A stretch of 64,000 bases of DNA from Spirochaetia bacterium (GTDB lineage Bacteria; Spirochaetota; Leptospiria; Leptospirales; Leptonemataceae). Within the stretch, counting starts at the first letter, position 1. The number at the start of each line of letters is the position of its first letter. The stretch covers positions 1 through 64,000 of the forward strand of contig VFLI01000012.1 of assembly GCA_009885105.1 (NCBI GenBank), read 5' to 3'. The notes under the pieces are model-generated. The model saw only the letters and a list, made by a program, of their open reading frames with translations. It made no database searches and was not told the DNA's origin. Shown here one piece after another: positions 49,781 to 60,697 of the stretch. A program made the position numbers and the translations under genes.

Positions 49781-51769
49781 TTATCCCGGCACTTCGATTG
49801 TAAAAGTAGTGCCCAGTCCTGTCGCCGTGGTGAATGCAATCGACCCGCCGTGGGCCTCCACAAGATTCTTTGTGATCGCCATGCCGAGACCGGTTCCCTG
49901 TGATTTTCCGTATGTGACAAATGGATCGAACAATTTCGCGCGTATGGATTCAGGAATGCCCGGGCCGTTGTCCGCAAGTTCCAGAATGATCCTTCTGTCC
50001 TTTCCCTGCCTGTGTTCGCGGATCTTGATTTCAAACTGCCCGCCGGCGGGAAGAGCATCCGCCGCGTTTCCCGCAATATTAAGAATCGCGCGAAGAAAGC
50101 GATCCGGATCAAGCTCGATACTTCCGGTCAGTTCCGAGCCGACGCTGAAACGAATGCCTTTCGCCTCAAAGTTGGGCTGTATCGCCAGGCGGACCCGCTC
50201 CAGATATTCCGCCACCTGGACGCTCTTTTTTTCCAGAGCGATGGAACCCCGGCTGAACTCGAGAAGATCCTGCACCATATCCAGCATCTGGTCCGCAACC
50301 TGATCCACTGTCCGCAGGTACTGACTGCGCTTCTCGCGGCTGACAGATTCATCATCCGCCATTTCCATATATCCTTTGATCACGGCAACCGGGTTCTTCA
50401 GATCATGCACAATGCTGGCCGCCATATCGCCGATAACGGCCATCTTCTGTTTTTCCTTTAACTCGCCACGGAGCCTTGCGGCTTCCGCCTCGGCAGTTTT
50501 CCGCTCTGCAGAAAGAACATTGATACGGTCCGCAAGTCCGAACGACAGAAGCATGGCTTCAACAGCAGAGCCGATCATGGAAGCGTTGGCCGTGAAGATA
50601 TTTTCCGGAACGATTCCAAAAGCGCGCAGTGCCAGCATTACAGTAAACAGGATGAATGCAGTCCAGGCCAGAAGGAAATACCTGGCCGGGCGAAACCCTC
50701 TCCGGAAAGAGACAATGCCCATGATAAAGACAAGAGCAAGAAAGAAGGGAAATGATCCCACCGCAAATTGGACAGCCACTGCGTATGAAAGAAAAGGCTG
50801 AAGCCCGAGCAGGATTATTCCATAACCTATAAGCGCGAAGGCGATCCGACGAAGCTTCGGGCTGTGGGCACGCAGATACAGGAAACTTTCAGAGAATATT
50901 AATCCCGTAATCATGGCAAACCATATGACAAATACCATGGAATTATTCGCCAGAAACGGAGAATCGGGCCAGAGATAAAGACGAGCCATGCCGTCCAATG
51001 TCAGATACGAAAACACAAGAGATACCATGTAGATAGAGTAGTACAGATAACTGCGATCTTTGAGACTGATGAATAAGAACAGATTGTACAATAACATGGC
51101 AATCATAATGCCGGTATAGAGCCACATCATCATCGCATGTTGCGATGTGACGATCGAGAATTGAGCTGGTTTATAAATGACAGCGGGCATCATGGCTGAG
51201 CCTCCCGTCCTGATGCGAAGGTAGTAAACAGTCACTGTGCCCCGCGGAATGGATAAGTCGAATGTTGGATAGATATTTCTAACCACGCCGGCGGAGGCGC
51301 TGGAAAGGGGAACCTGGTCCCCGGCGGACAGGGCCAACTCAAATCTCCCCGAAGACCCTGACACGTAGAGATCGACATGGTCGAGCTGCGAATACGCGGT
51401 TTCCAGGTACCACTGTTCCAGCGCAGAATCATTTCTCAACCGCATGCGCAGCCAGAACGCTGAGCCCGCGAATCCAAAATTCGGCACACCGTCTCCGCCA
51501 TGCACAAAGACTCCCGGCCGGCCCACGAGCGCTGTCTTCCACGAACCTGTAACCGCCTTACTGCCGGCACGCTCCGGTGAAGAAATCTGATCAATCGTCA
51601 GAGTATGTCCTGGATCCTCCAGAACGTCTATAAACGGCTCGAGACGCAGTTGACCCGTCGAGTCGGTGAGGACGGCTGCTGGGCTCTGATTCTCATCAAA
51701 GGCCTGTGCGCTGATGGCCGATCCGACACACAATGCAAGAAGCCAAATTTTCATTCCTCTGATTAACAT
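49781..51769 (-). CDS. 7TMR-DISM sensor histidine kinase
   Basis: Signal peptide + 7TMR-DISMED2 + 7TM, then HisKA-like (SIVHDLKNP) and HATPase (GTGLGMAITKNLVEAHGG). Confidence 0.8.
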   Translation of the reverse strand: MLIRGMKIWLLALCVGSAISAQAFDENQSPAAVLTDSTGQLRLEPFIDVLEDPGHTLTIDQISSPERAGSKAVTGSWKTALVGRPGVFVHGGDGVPNFGFAGSAFWLRMRLRNDSALEQWYLETAYSQLDHVDLYVSGSSGRFELALSAGDQVPLSSASAGVVRNIYPTFDLSIPRGTVTVYYLRIRTGGSAMMPAVIYKPAQFSIVTSQHAMMMWLYTGIMIAMLLYNLFLFISLKDRSYLYYSIYMVSLVFSYLTLDGMARLYLWPDSPFLANNSMVFVIWFAMITGLIFSESFLYLRAHSPKLRRIAFALIGYGIILLGLQPFLSYAVAVQFAVGSFPFFLALVFIMGIVSFRRGFRPARYFLLAWTAFILFTVMLALRAFGIVPENIFTANASMIGSAVEAMLLSFGLADRINVLSAERKTAEAEAARLRGELKEKQKMAVIGDMAASIVHDLKNPVAVIKGYMEMADDESVSREKRSQYLRTVDQVADQMLDMVQDLLEFSRGSIALEKKSVQVAEYLERVRLAIQPNFEAKGIRFSVGSELTGSIELDPDRFLRAILNIAGNAADALPAGGQFEIKIREHRQGKDRRIILELADNGPGIPESIRAKLFDPFVTYGKSQGTGLGMAITKNLVEAHGGSIAFTTATGLGTTFTIEVPG

Positions 51770-51870
51770 TCGTTACCTGATCTGCCAAAATTATTTAGCT
51801 ATTTTGTTCATACAATCGTGTTTTCACAGAAGCCGGTTTGCCCAATCAGGCAGAAGAACGACATTCAGGA

Positions 51871-52338
51871 TCAAACTTCCGGGGTAAATCGGGATCCGGT
51901 GAGTATCAGCCGGGTAATTTCAGAATCAGCGCCCGACCGCAAGGGAGGCCCCCAGTATCCGGTGCCGCTGCTCACATACAGCCAGATCCCATCCAGATCG
52001 TGCAGACCCGGCCGGTACGGATAAAAAAATCTAAGCAGAATATTCCAGGGAATAAACTGACCGCCGTGTGTGTGTCCGGAAATTTGCAGATCGTAACCGC
52101 ATCTTCGCGCTTCGGTTAGAGATACGGCCAAAAGTTGTGTATAGCCCTCAAAAGCCGCCGGGAGTCCGGTCAGCGGGATTCGCACTTCTTTTATTACAGG
52201 CATTCTTTTCGCGCCGGAGAGTCCATTCACCGTAAGCGCGCCCGTGATCCCCAGAACAGCGCTGTTTGTGACGTATGCAAGGAAACGCCGGCGGTCCTGG
52301 CTGTAGGCATGACTCTGCGGCTGCCGATTCGGCCGCAA
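51871..52338 (-). pseudogene. calcineurin-like metallophosphoesterase with an internal deletion (Tat-like signal + C-terminal GHTHGGQ block only)
   Basis: RRRFLAYV Tat-like N-terminus joined directly to ...DLQISGHTHGGQ. The N-terminal metal-binding motifs are absent, and it is 155 aa where ~380 is expected. Confidence 0.45.
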
Positions 52339-52491
52339 TTTGCCGTACAGACTTGCTGCAATTTGACATTAAACTGTGTCGTGCACTGGAAATATTTTAC
52401 CGTGGCTTGGAATAATATATGAGGTCATTGACATGCTGTAAGTCTTCGGTAAGTTCGGGGTTCAGCTTTTTAATCTCAAAAGGCGAATCTA

Positions 52492-53229
52492 TTAAAATAC
52501 CGCTTCCGGCCTGTGAATTCGCATGGAGGATCCTTCCACAAGAAAAGACGATACCGGAACCGAAAGCGTTTCCCTGAGCTCCGGTCCGAACACTTCTTCC
52601 ATGTCGCATATGATTTTCGGCGAAGATCTCCACACGCGCCAGGGAGGATGGGGCATCTTCTGTTCCAGAGTGATCCCCGAGGGATGCCTGACGTAGACAA
52701 GACTGCGGTCGAGCATGAATTTTGCCGCAGAGCCGTCCGACGGCAGTCTCGCCTCGCCGTCTGTTTCCATGCATAGACTATTCCATTGGGCAGGAGATTT
52801 CCAGAAATATTCCACGGACAGACTTTTCCCCGGCGATGCCGGCGTCACAGTGTGATGCATACGCATGCGGGCGCTGTTCTGAAAAAATATTTTCTTCCCG
52901 AGAAACGCAGCGGCTCTTTTCGGCAGAATCTGACGAATATACACCACACCGTGTTTTTCGCTGTCCAGATTCTTTTTCACATAGAATCTGAGATTTACTT
53001 CCTCAAAACTGCCGTGGAAAGGTATGGATATTTTATTGTATATCTTTACATTCAATGCCGCAAAAGCGGCCAGGGACACAAAATATGTGCCGTTCCAGTC
53101 TTCCGGCTCAGTGCCGGCGGGAAGATAGGGCAGAAGAGTTTCACGCTTTGCTTCAAAATTCAGCATCGCCATGTAGGCAATGTCCGCTGATAGCAGCGGG
53201 CGAGAAGGCTGATCTGGCGCGGATTTCAC
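52492..53229 (-). CDS. DUF2071 (YqjF-like) family protein
   Basis: FHGSFEEVNLRFYVKK resembles the DUF2071 core FPElNvRtYV. Confidence 0.45.
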   Translation of the reverse strand: MKSAPDQPSRPLLSADIAYMAMLNFEAKRETLLPYLPAGTEPEDWNGTYFVSLAAFAALNVKIYNKISIPFHGSFEEVNLRFYVKKNLDSEKHGVVYIRQILPKRAAAFLGKKIFFQNSARMRMHHTVTPASPGKSLSVEYFWKSPAQWNSLCMETDGEARLPSDGSAAKFMLDRSLVYVRHPSGITLEQKMPHPPWRVWRSSPKIICDMEEVFGPELRETLSVPVSSFLVEGSSMRIHRPEAVF

Positions 53230-53376
53230 AATTTCATTTTTTAGAACGAAGCCCTCACAGGCAATCGGAAAATATTGAGATTCCCGCCGGCAAATTCCAG
53301 TAAGGACTCCTTTTCGATTATTCTTTCAATGTTTATATTTTCTTGACTTACGGTATATTCACGCACGGGTTGTTTT

Positions 53377-53880
53377 ATGGAAGCGCCAGAATTTCCTCGA
53401 GAACTAGACAGCCTTCGATCCGCAACGGAAGGTATATGCGAGGAAATTGATCTTGAAATATATCAATCTTTCAATCAATCGTATTCGCCCTCCGACTGGA
53501 CCAGAAATCCTTCGAGCAATGAAACGATGTTTACTTTCGGCGTTGATGGCGTCGGGGGCCAGGCGCTTATATGGCGCAGGGATTCTCAAAGATCACTTCT
53601 GGACTGTCCTGTGGCCTTTCTGGGCCGCGACGGAGAAATCACCGTGGTTGCGGCAAATTTTTACAGGTTCGGGGAACTGCTGGCTCTGGGCGTGAGTCCA
53701 TACTCTGTCGCTTCAGAAAGCGTGCCGGAATCGGCGGAAAAGTTTCCGGTCATTGCAGAATGGATGAAAGAGAATTTCCCGGGATATTCGGCGGCCGGAA
53801 GTGTATCCCTCATAATTGAAGAGGCTAAACGAATATTGCCCGAATTCAAGGCTCTCGTCGCGCTGCATAAAGGAGGATGA
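53377..53880 (+). CDS. SMI1/KNR4 (SUKH-superfamily) immunity-like protein
   Basis: FGVDGVGGQALIWRRD ... VVAANFYRFGELLALG pattern. Confidence 0.4.
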   Translation: MEAPEFPRELDSLRSATEGICEEIDLEIYQSFNQSYSPSDWTRNPSSNETMFTFGVDGVGGQALIWRRDSQRSLLDCPVAFLGRDGEITVVAANFYRFGELLALGVSPYSVASESVPESAEKFPVIAEWMKENFPGYSAAGSVSLIIEEAKRILPEFKALVALHKGG

Positions 53881-54008
53881 GGCAGGCCCGCCCATTGATC
53901 CCAAAAATCGCTTTACAGGCGGCATTCTCCACGGCGAAAAAATAGTGGAAAGTCGCGCGCAACCGAATAATCTCGGCAAGATTCGGGAATATAATTAAGG
54001 GCGAAATT

Positions 54009-54410
54009 ATGTCTGAAAGATTGAACATCGACAAAGTTGATTTTACCAAACTGGACGGATTGATCTGCGCCATCGCGCAGGATTACCGTTCAAAAGAAAT
54101 TCTGATGGTGGCCTTCATGAATCGTGAAGCGCTGGAAATTACCGTTAAAACAGGACGTGCGGTGTATTTCAGCCGCAGCCGAGGAAAACTCTGGCATAAG
54201 GGAGAAGAATCCGGAAATTATCAGGATGTGAAAGAAATCCTGATCGACTGCGATCAGGACGCAATTGTGCTTCTTGTGGATCAGATCGGCGGAGCGGCCT
54301 GCCATACGGGCATGAACACATGCTTCTATCGCCGCATCAATCGTTCAGGCGAATTTGAAGATACGGGCAAAATACCATTATTCGATCCGGCGCAGGTATA
54401 TAAAAAATGA
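54009..54410 (+). CDS. hisI: phosphoribosyl-AMP cyclohydrolase
   Basis: HisI motifs (LICAIAQD..., [15 protein letters not shown]). Confidence 0.8.
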   Translation: MSERLNIDKVDFTKLDGLICAIAQDYRSKEILMVAFMNREALEITVKTGRAVYFSRSRGKLWHKGEESGNYQDVKEILIDCDQDAIVLLVDQIGGAACHTGMNTCFYRRINRSGEFEDTGKIPLFDPAQVYKK

Positions 54411-55285
54411 CTGAAAGAAAGTTGAAACTTGGAATTCCCAAAGGCAGCCTGGAAGAGTCGACGGTCAATCTCTTTCGCAAGGCCGGTTATAAAATCAATA
54501 TCCAGTCGCGCTCGTTCTTTCCATCCATCGACGATGATGAGATTGAATGTATGCTCATTCGCGCGCAGGAAATGTCCCGTTATGTGGAAGAAGGCGAACT
54601 CGATGCGGGACTCACAGGTTACGACTGGATACTGGAAAACGAATCGAATGTGGTCGAAATCGCAGATCTGATTTACGCCAAACAGGGCATGCGTCCCGTG
54701 CGATGGGTTCTCGCCGTTCCGGAGAACAGTCCTGTAAAAAGCGTCAAGGATCTCGAAGGAAAAAAAATCGCAACCGAGGCGGTCAATCTCACGCGCATAT
54801 ATCTGAAAAAACACGGTGTGAACGCGAAGGTGGAATTCTCCTGGGGAGCCACAGAAGTGAAACCGCCGCGTCTGGCCGACGCCATTGTCGACATCACGGA
54901 GACCGGTTCGAGCCTTCGCGCAAACAAACTACGCATCGTCGACGAGCTGCTGACATCCACCACGAAATTTATCGCCAACCACAAATCCTGGGAGGATCCC
55001 TGGAAACGGGAAAAGCTGGAAAACATCGCCATCCTTTTGCAGGGAGCGATCAAAGCGGAGAGTTACGCCGGACTGATGGTGAATGTGGAAAAGAAAAATT
55101 TGAAAGCCATTCTGGAAATTCTGCCGGCCCTGCAGCGACCAACGATTTCGGCTCTCACGGATGAAAACTGGGTCGATGTTATTGTGGTGCTGGAAGAAAA
55201 GCAGGCGCGCGAGTTGATTCCAAAACTGAAAAGGCACGGCGCATCCGGAATTGTGGAATTTCCGCTGAACAAGATTGTTTCCTGA
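54407..55285 (+). CDS. hisG: ATP phosphoribosyltransferase (long form)
   Basis: HisG N-terminus [10 protein letters not shown] and a C-terminal regulatory domain. 4-bp overlap with hisI. Confidence 0.8.
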   Translation: MTERKLKLGIPKGSLEESTVNLFRKAGYKINIQSRSFFPSIDDDEIECMLIRAQEMSRYVEEGELDAGLTGYDWILENESNVVEIADLIYAKQGMRPVRWVLAVPENSPVKSVKDLEGKKIATEAVNLTRIYLKKHGVNAKVEFSWGATEVKPPRLADAIVDITETGSSLRANKLRIVDELLTSTTKFIANHKSWEDPWKREKLENIAILLQGAIKAESYAGLMVNVEKKNLKAILEILPALQRPTISALTDENWVDVIVVLEEKQARELIPKLKRHGASGIVEFPLNKIVS

Positions 55286-56012
55286 GAAGTTAGAGAGGCA
55301 TTTTTTGAAATTTCACTGGCTCGTGATTTTTTTATCGGGCGCACTGGTATCGGGGTGCCTCACAATGCAACAGGCTAAGAGCATTGAAGAGTATAAATCA
55401 AGCATCAATGAATTCAACCGCGCCTTCGAATCGGCAAATTACAGAATCATTCCGGGACTCTTATCGGTTCGGCAAGGAAAAAATCTGATCCAGTTTGACG
55501 GAGTTCTCCTCGGCCGCCGGCGTTATCTCAATATTGAGACAGGACCCGGGGGAATGAGATTTTACGAAACAGGCACGAAGATGGAAACCGGGAAAAGAGT
55601 TTTTCTGATTCAGCAGAATACATGCTGCATGGACGATGGGGCGTTTCGGGCCGTCCTTTTCCTCAAGCAGGGAGATGCCGCAGATCCCTCCGAGATTCTG
55701 AAAAAGTATTTCAACTTTGACGCGGGCAGGACAGAATATCCTTCCTCATTAGTTGTGATGGATTTCACCAATATATACACATTCATGTCGATAAATCCTT
55801 TCTGGGAAAAAGGACCGGAGGTCTCCTACCTTGTTCAGGCCTCGGGAAATGATTACAACGAAGTAATGAATGAAATCCACTGGCATGAAAGAAGTTTTCT
55901 TCAGTATATAATGATGCACGGTTTTTATATTTTGACTGTTCCGGCTGACATAATCACTTCGCCGTTTCAGTTGATCGGGATTTTTCTTCTGGGCAATGGG
56001 CTGCCGCGATAG
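55275..56012 (+). CDS. lipoprotein (hypothetical)
   Basis: Signal + lipobox LVSGC. Confidence 0.45.
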   Translation: MFPEKLERHFLKFHWLVIFLSGALVSGCLTMQQAKSIEEYKSSINEFNRAFESANYRIIPGLLSVRQGKNLIQFDGVLLGRRRYLNIETGPGGMRFYETGTKMETGKRVFLIQQNTCCMDDGAFRAVLFLKQGDAADPSEILKKYFNFDAGRTEYPSSLVVMDFTNIYTFMSINPFWEKGPEVSYLVQASGNDYNEVMNEIHWHERSFLQYIMMHGFYILTVPADIITSPFQLIGIFLLGNGLPR

Positions 56013-56037
56013 CAGCCTAAGGGCTTTAGACCTTTCT

Positions 56038-56634
56038 CTACTTGAGATCGATCTTGATTGTGAACCCGCCCGTTGCGCCGCTGGGTCCGCTCACGCCTAT
56101 AACAACATTGTACGGATTGGTGGTCGCATTTAGCCTGACCGTTCGTGTGTGATCCTGAGTTCTTCCTCTCCGCGGACGATCCCATTTGTGCTCCGCCTCG
56201 CAGGAAACGCAGGACGGCAGCTGCGGCGGAAGCCTGAAATTCGTCGTGCCGATTGAGTAAGCGTAGATGCTCATGTTTTGAGAGGGATCATCAGGAATCA
56301 CCGTAATCAGCATAATGGAGCGCGGAGGCAGACTTGTTGCGAAAAGCACGTGGTTTGCCCGAAAATTCGCGTTCTGTGTAGCCGGAAAACAGGCCACAGA
56401 GCTGTTGGAGGCCCAGCTTAAATTTTCCATAGGCGCGCCGCTGGCCAGATCTCCCTTGATCTCGACAACTTTCCCTTTTTCGCTGGTTATTACCGTAACA
56501 TTCGCCGGCCAGTCCGCCCATAATACTGGCGTGAATAAAACGATTACTAAAGCAATTATACTAAGATTTTTCATATTTTTTTCTCCAGGTGTTCGTATGT
56601 ATTTCAGGCGGTGTTGCAATCTCAGACATATCAA
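56038..56634 (-). CDS. secreted hypothetical protein
   Basis: Signal peptide MKNLSIIALVIVLFTPVLWA at the internal start ~56575; beta-rich. Confidence 0.4.
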   Translation of the reverse strand: MICLRLQHRLKYIRTPGEKNMKNLSIIALVIVLFTPVLWADWPANVTVITSEKGKVVEIKGDLASGAPMENLSWASNSSVACFPATQNANFRANHVLFATSLPPRSIMLITVIPDDPSQNMSIYAYSIGTTNFRLPPQLPSCVSCEAEHKWDRPRRGRTQDHTRTVRLNATTNPYNVVIGVSGPSGATGGFTIKIDLK

Positions 56635-56764
56635 CTGGGGCGGTCAAGTCGAAAAAGTGATAGAAATTCGCGGATAAGGGAAGAATATCGACACTGCTGA
56701 GGACTCGCACCGGACGGCAGAATCTAAATTCAGCCGTATCAAAGAGTTTCACTGGAGAAAGTAA

Positions 56765-57535
56765 ATGGACCTGCAATCCGCTATTGATAACAGACATGCC
56801 TACAACGGGTTTCATACCGATGAAGCTGTCACGCAGGAAGAACTGCAGAAGCTGCTTACGGCTTTCAACAAAGCGCCATCCCAATTCAACAGCCAGCCGT
56901 GGAAAGTTGTAATCCTCCAGGACAAAGACAGAAAAATTAAACTTGCCGAATACTGCGGAGACGCCATGCGCATATCAATGCAGAGGGGCGAATTCTGGGA
57001 AAAGTATGGAAAGTATTTTTACCATGACAAAGAGGGCGATAAGATCAAACAGGGAATGGGCATGAAAGTCGACAATATACCGGCGATCCTGAAAACAGTG
57101 ATCAACTTTATCGTGTCCAACGACTCCATGAAACTGATCCGCGAAAAAGGCGTGCCGGTCATGCTGGGTAATGAGAACAGAAAGCTTGTCGAAAAATCGC
57201 CTGTATGTATTGCGATTTTTCTGCGAAAAGAAGATTACAATCGCAAGGACAATACCGCATTTTATTCAACACTGTCGCTGGGAATGGCAATTGAGAATAT
57301 GTGGCTTACCGCCACCACCATGAACATAGGCATGCAATTCATGTCGATGCCGATGGAAGTCCCAGAGATCTGGTCGAACATATCACAGATGCTGGAATGC
57401 CCGGATGATTACGAGATGGCGGCCTTGATGAGACTGGGCCATAAACCCGCAAAAGATGCCAGGCCGGTTCTGGACTGGACATCGCCGGATCGTCTGCCAC
57501 TGTCAGAATGGACATCCAGTGAAGTTTTCAGATAA
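56765..57535 (+). CDS. nitroreductase-family protein
   Basis: NQPWKVVILQD and the overall nitroreductase fold pattern. Confidence 0.5.
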   Translation: MDLQSAIDNRHAYNGFHTDEAVTQEELQKLLTAFNKAPSQFNSQPWKVVILQDKDRKIKLAEYCGDAMRISMQRGEFWEKYGKYFYHDKEGDKIKQGMGMKVDNIPAILKTVINFIVSNDSMKLIREKGVPVMLGNENRKLVEKSPVCIAIFLRKEDYNRKDNTAFYSTLSLGMAIENMWLTATTMNIGMQFMSMPMEVPEIWSNISQMLECPDDYEMAALMRLGHKPAKDARPVLDWTSPDRLPLSEWTSSEVFR

Positions 57536-57538
57536 CCG

Positions 57539-58009
57539 ATGAATTTCCTGCTCTATTTACAGATCGTGCATGTGGTCAGCGGATCGGTCTGGCTGGGCGG
57601 TTTTATTTTTATCTACTTCATTCTCTGGCCGTCTTTGATTGAAAAGGATCAAAAAGAGGCGCTGTCAGTTATCCAGAACTTAAAGAGGCCGACGGGAACA
57701 GTTCTGGGAATCGCCGGAACTGTATCCATTGCGCTTGGCCTCTTGCGGGGAATTGTTTTCGGAAATATTAGCAGCGTGAATGCATTGTTCACTCCCTATG
57801 GAAGAAACTTCATCGGCGCTGTTCTTATTTCTATTGTTATGCTGATTTTTGGAAAAATCTTCGGGCACAGTCTCGTGCCGATCATCTGGGAAAATGGAAT
57901 TCGCAGAAAATTCGGTCTCCTGAAAATATATGCCGGGGGATCGTTTCTGCTGCTGTGTTTTGCCTTTTTGATTTTCTGCATGCTGGCAATGAGACTGGGA
58001 GGGATTTAG
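57539..58009 (+). CDS. integral membrane protein (4 TM, hypothetical)
   Basis: Hydrophobic helices throughout. Confidence 0.45.
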   Translation: MNFLLYLQIVHVVSGSVWLGGFIFIYFILWPSLIEKDQKEALSVIQNLKRPTGTVLGIAGTVSIALGLLRGIVFGNISSVNALFTPYGRNFIGAVLISIVMLIFGKIFGHSLVPIIWENGIRRKFGLLKIYAGGSFLLLCFAFLIFCMLAMRLGGI

Positions 58010-58018
58010 CAAAATTTT

Positions 58019-58879
58019 ATGGCTGATACTGTTCTCGAACTGATCCGCGCTTCGACAGATTTTCTTGCAAAGAAAAATATTACGTCCGCCCGGTTGGACG
58101 CCGAACTGCTTCTGGCCGACCTGCTGAAATGTGAAAGAATTCAGCTCTACGCACGATTCGACAGCGCCGTCGACAGCGGCGTGAAGGACTCCTACCGACA
58201 GAGAATTGTTGAAAGAGGAAAAAACCGCCCGACCGCGCAGATTCTGGGCTATAAATATTTTTATAATAATAAATTTATAATAACGGATAATGTTCTCATC
58301 CCAAGACCGGAAACGGAGCAGATCGTTTCCATTGTCCTTGAGGCGGGTCTGCCGGACGATTCTCGCATACTTGACCTCTGCTGCGGCAGCGGCTGCATCG
58401 GACTGAGTCTGTTGAAAGAAAAACCAGGCTGGTCCGCTCATCTGAGCGATATTTCGCCTGAGGCTCTGAAAGTGGCCGGTGAGAATTCAAAAAACCTGGG
58501 CGTCGAATCGCGCTCGCAGTTTTTTACCGGCGATCTTTATGAAAATCTGCCGGGCAGCAAATACAATGCCATCGTCGTCAATCCTCCCTATATCCATCCG
58601 GATGAAAAATCGGAACTCATGAGCGATGTGCGCGATTTTGAGCCGGCCGCAGCGCTTTTTCACGACAGTCCGCCTGATTTGTATGAGAAAATCTTCTCCG
58701 ACGCGGCCCTGCGGCTGAGTGAAGGCGGCATTTTCTGCGCCGAACTTTCGCCGCGATGGGCGGAAACAGCCGCATCGACAGCGGGTCGATTTTTTTCCCG
58801 CGTCGAAATAAGAAAGGATGACGGCGGTCTGGAAAGATATCTGCTGGCCCGGATGTCAGTTGCCGTTCAACCAGATTGA
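58019..58879 (+). CDS. prmC: release-factor glutamine N5-methyltransferase
   Basis: NPPY motif (VVNPPYI) and SAM motif LDLCCGSGCIG. Confidence 0.8.
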   Translation: MADTVLELIRASTDFLAKKNITSARLDAELLLADLLKCERIQLYARFDSAVDSGVKDSYRQRIVERGKNRPTAQILGYKYFYNNKFIITDNVLIPRPETEQIVSIVLEAGLPDDSRILDLCCGSGCIGLSLLKEKPGWSAHLSDISPEALKVAGENSKNLGVESRSQFFTGDLYENLPGSKYNAIVVNPPYIHPDEKSELMSDVRDFEPAAALFHDSPPDLYEKIFSDAALRLSEGGIFCAELSPRWAETAASTAGRFFSRVEIRKDDGGLERYLLARMSVAVQPD

Positions 58880-58916
58880 GTTTCCGCCGGTCGTCGGCAG
58901 ATGTCGCAGCTGTGAT

Positions 58917-60499
58917 TCATCCGGCTGCGCTGAGCGAAATCGTCGCGGAAGCATCCGCTACAATCTGTTCTTTGCCGTCAATGAAACCGGGTGCGTAGTA
59001 AATCACTTCAAAAGAAACGGCCCCATTGAAATGCGAAAGAGGAATTGAAAATTCTGCGCCCGTCAGAGTCGCCTCCATAAGACCCGCGCCGCCGAAAGAC
59101 ACAAAGTCTTTATAGTCTTTGTAGTGCCAGACCGTCCCTGCATGATTGCCCCACTGCACCCAGTAGTCCTGCCCGGGCGTGCGAATCGCAAAAGAATGCA
59201 GGCGCATTTTGTTCTGAGTGATATCGTTGTGGTAGCGCACCGTCAGAAGCATACGATCCCCTTCGATCTTGCCCTGAATTTCTGAGTCGTCGAAGTGCTC
59301 GCTTTTTGCTTTTGAATCTCCGGCTGGACTTGCCGCCCTCTGCGCATCTGACATATTCTGCACAACTCCATCAAAGGCGAAAACATTCACAGGACTCGAA
59401 GCGTCGCGAGCGGGATAGCCGTGGTCCAGTTCCCAGTAGTCTGAATATCCGTCGCCGTCGCTGTCTATGCTGCCTGGATCTGTGCGAAAGGCGGTCTCCT
59501 CAGTATCAAAAATTCCGTCGCCGTCGCGGTCATTCAGGCGCACGGGGGCAGACTCCATGTTGAACAAAAGCCCCGGCGCGTTTGCTGTGTTCGAGGCAAA
59601 CAGGTTTTCAAAATGACTCCCGGCGATGCCTTTTCTGGTCAGGGTCTCGAGGCCCGCGGTGGGACCTTCGCCCAGTCTGTTGTCAACAACCAGTTGATGG
59701 ACAGCCTCAAGCACTTCGATGCGGTCGATAAATTCCGCGTAGTATTTTGCTGTGAGCACTCCGGATTCCAGCTCCATGGTTCGGTGGCGGTCGGCCCAGT
59801 AGATTTTTGGAACAACAGGAGCGTCTGACAGCCCCGGCCCCGGTCGAACCTGACGCTGGTAGGCGGCCACCTTCCTGTACAGGCGATGATGTTTCAGGAT
59901 GTCTTCGCGGATGAGTCTTCGCGCGTCGACGTCGGCGATCGAATAGAGATAGCTGTTCACGAACGCCAGTGCGCAGGCCATGCTGTCGCCGTTCTGAAAT
60001 TCGCCTTCTTTGAGAAGCTGCATGAGAAGTTCGAGCGCGTCATTAGCCATTTTGGGCCGAATCCGCTGATGTTCAGGCCCAATCCATTGTCCTGCTGGCT
60101 TTGATTGAATCCGCCGATTTTTGCCATAACATACAGGTTTCCCTGAGCGTCTGGCTGGCAGCGAAACTCAAGAAAATCCAAACGTCCAGGAGGCGGGCCC
60201 GCCTGATCGCTTTCCACATATGCTGCGTTTGCCCATTCGCGGTTCTGACCGTCTATTTCGATCCGGCCGGGGTCGAAATCCTTTTGCTTTCCGAGAATAT
60301 CCTCCTGGAGCACAAGTTTCATTCCACAGAGCACATCGGCATTGCCGGCGGCCAAATAGTCGCGCAGATTTCGCCGCGCGGCTTCCGTGCGAAATTCAGC
60401 CGGCAGTTTTGAAAGCTGCCAGTCAAGCGAGGCGAAGGCAAGGCTTGTCGAAGTGACAGGAGGCATCCGCTGACCGGGGAGCGGCTGGATGAGACACAA
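58917..60499 (-). pseudogene. TSP3-repeat protein paralog of 1347..3503, split into two overlapping frames (frameshift, or two overlapping genes)
   Basis: ORFs 59957..60499 and 58917..60050 overlap by ~90 bp in different frames. The second carries DRDGDGIFDTEE / DSDGDGYSDYWE repeats. Confidence 0.4.
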
Positions 60500-60697
60500 A
60501 CAGACAATAACTGCAGGCGGAAGATAGGTGCGAAAGGAGTGAAATTACATAATATGTTAGTCTGGATAAACAGCCTTTTCTGCATACCCCTTTATATGAT
60601 TTTCTAAAAGACCGCTGCTAACAATAAAAGCGAAATTCATTTCTTAAGATTACAATTAACGATTGACGTCGAATCGTGTCTTTCCTCTTTTCGTGTC

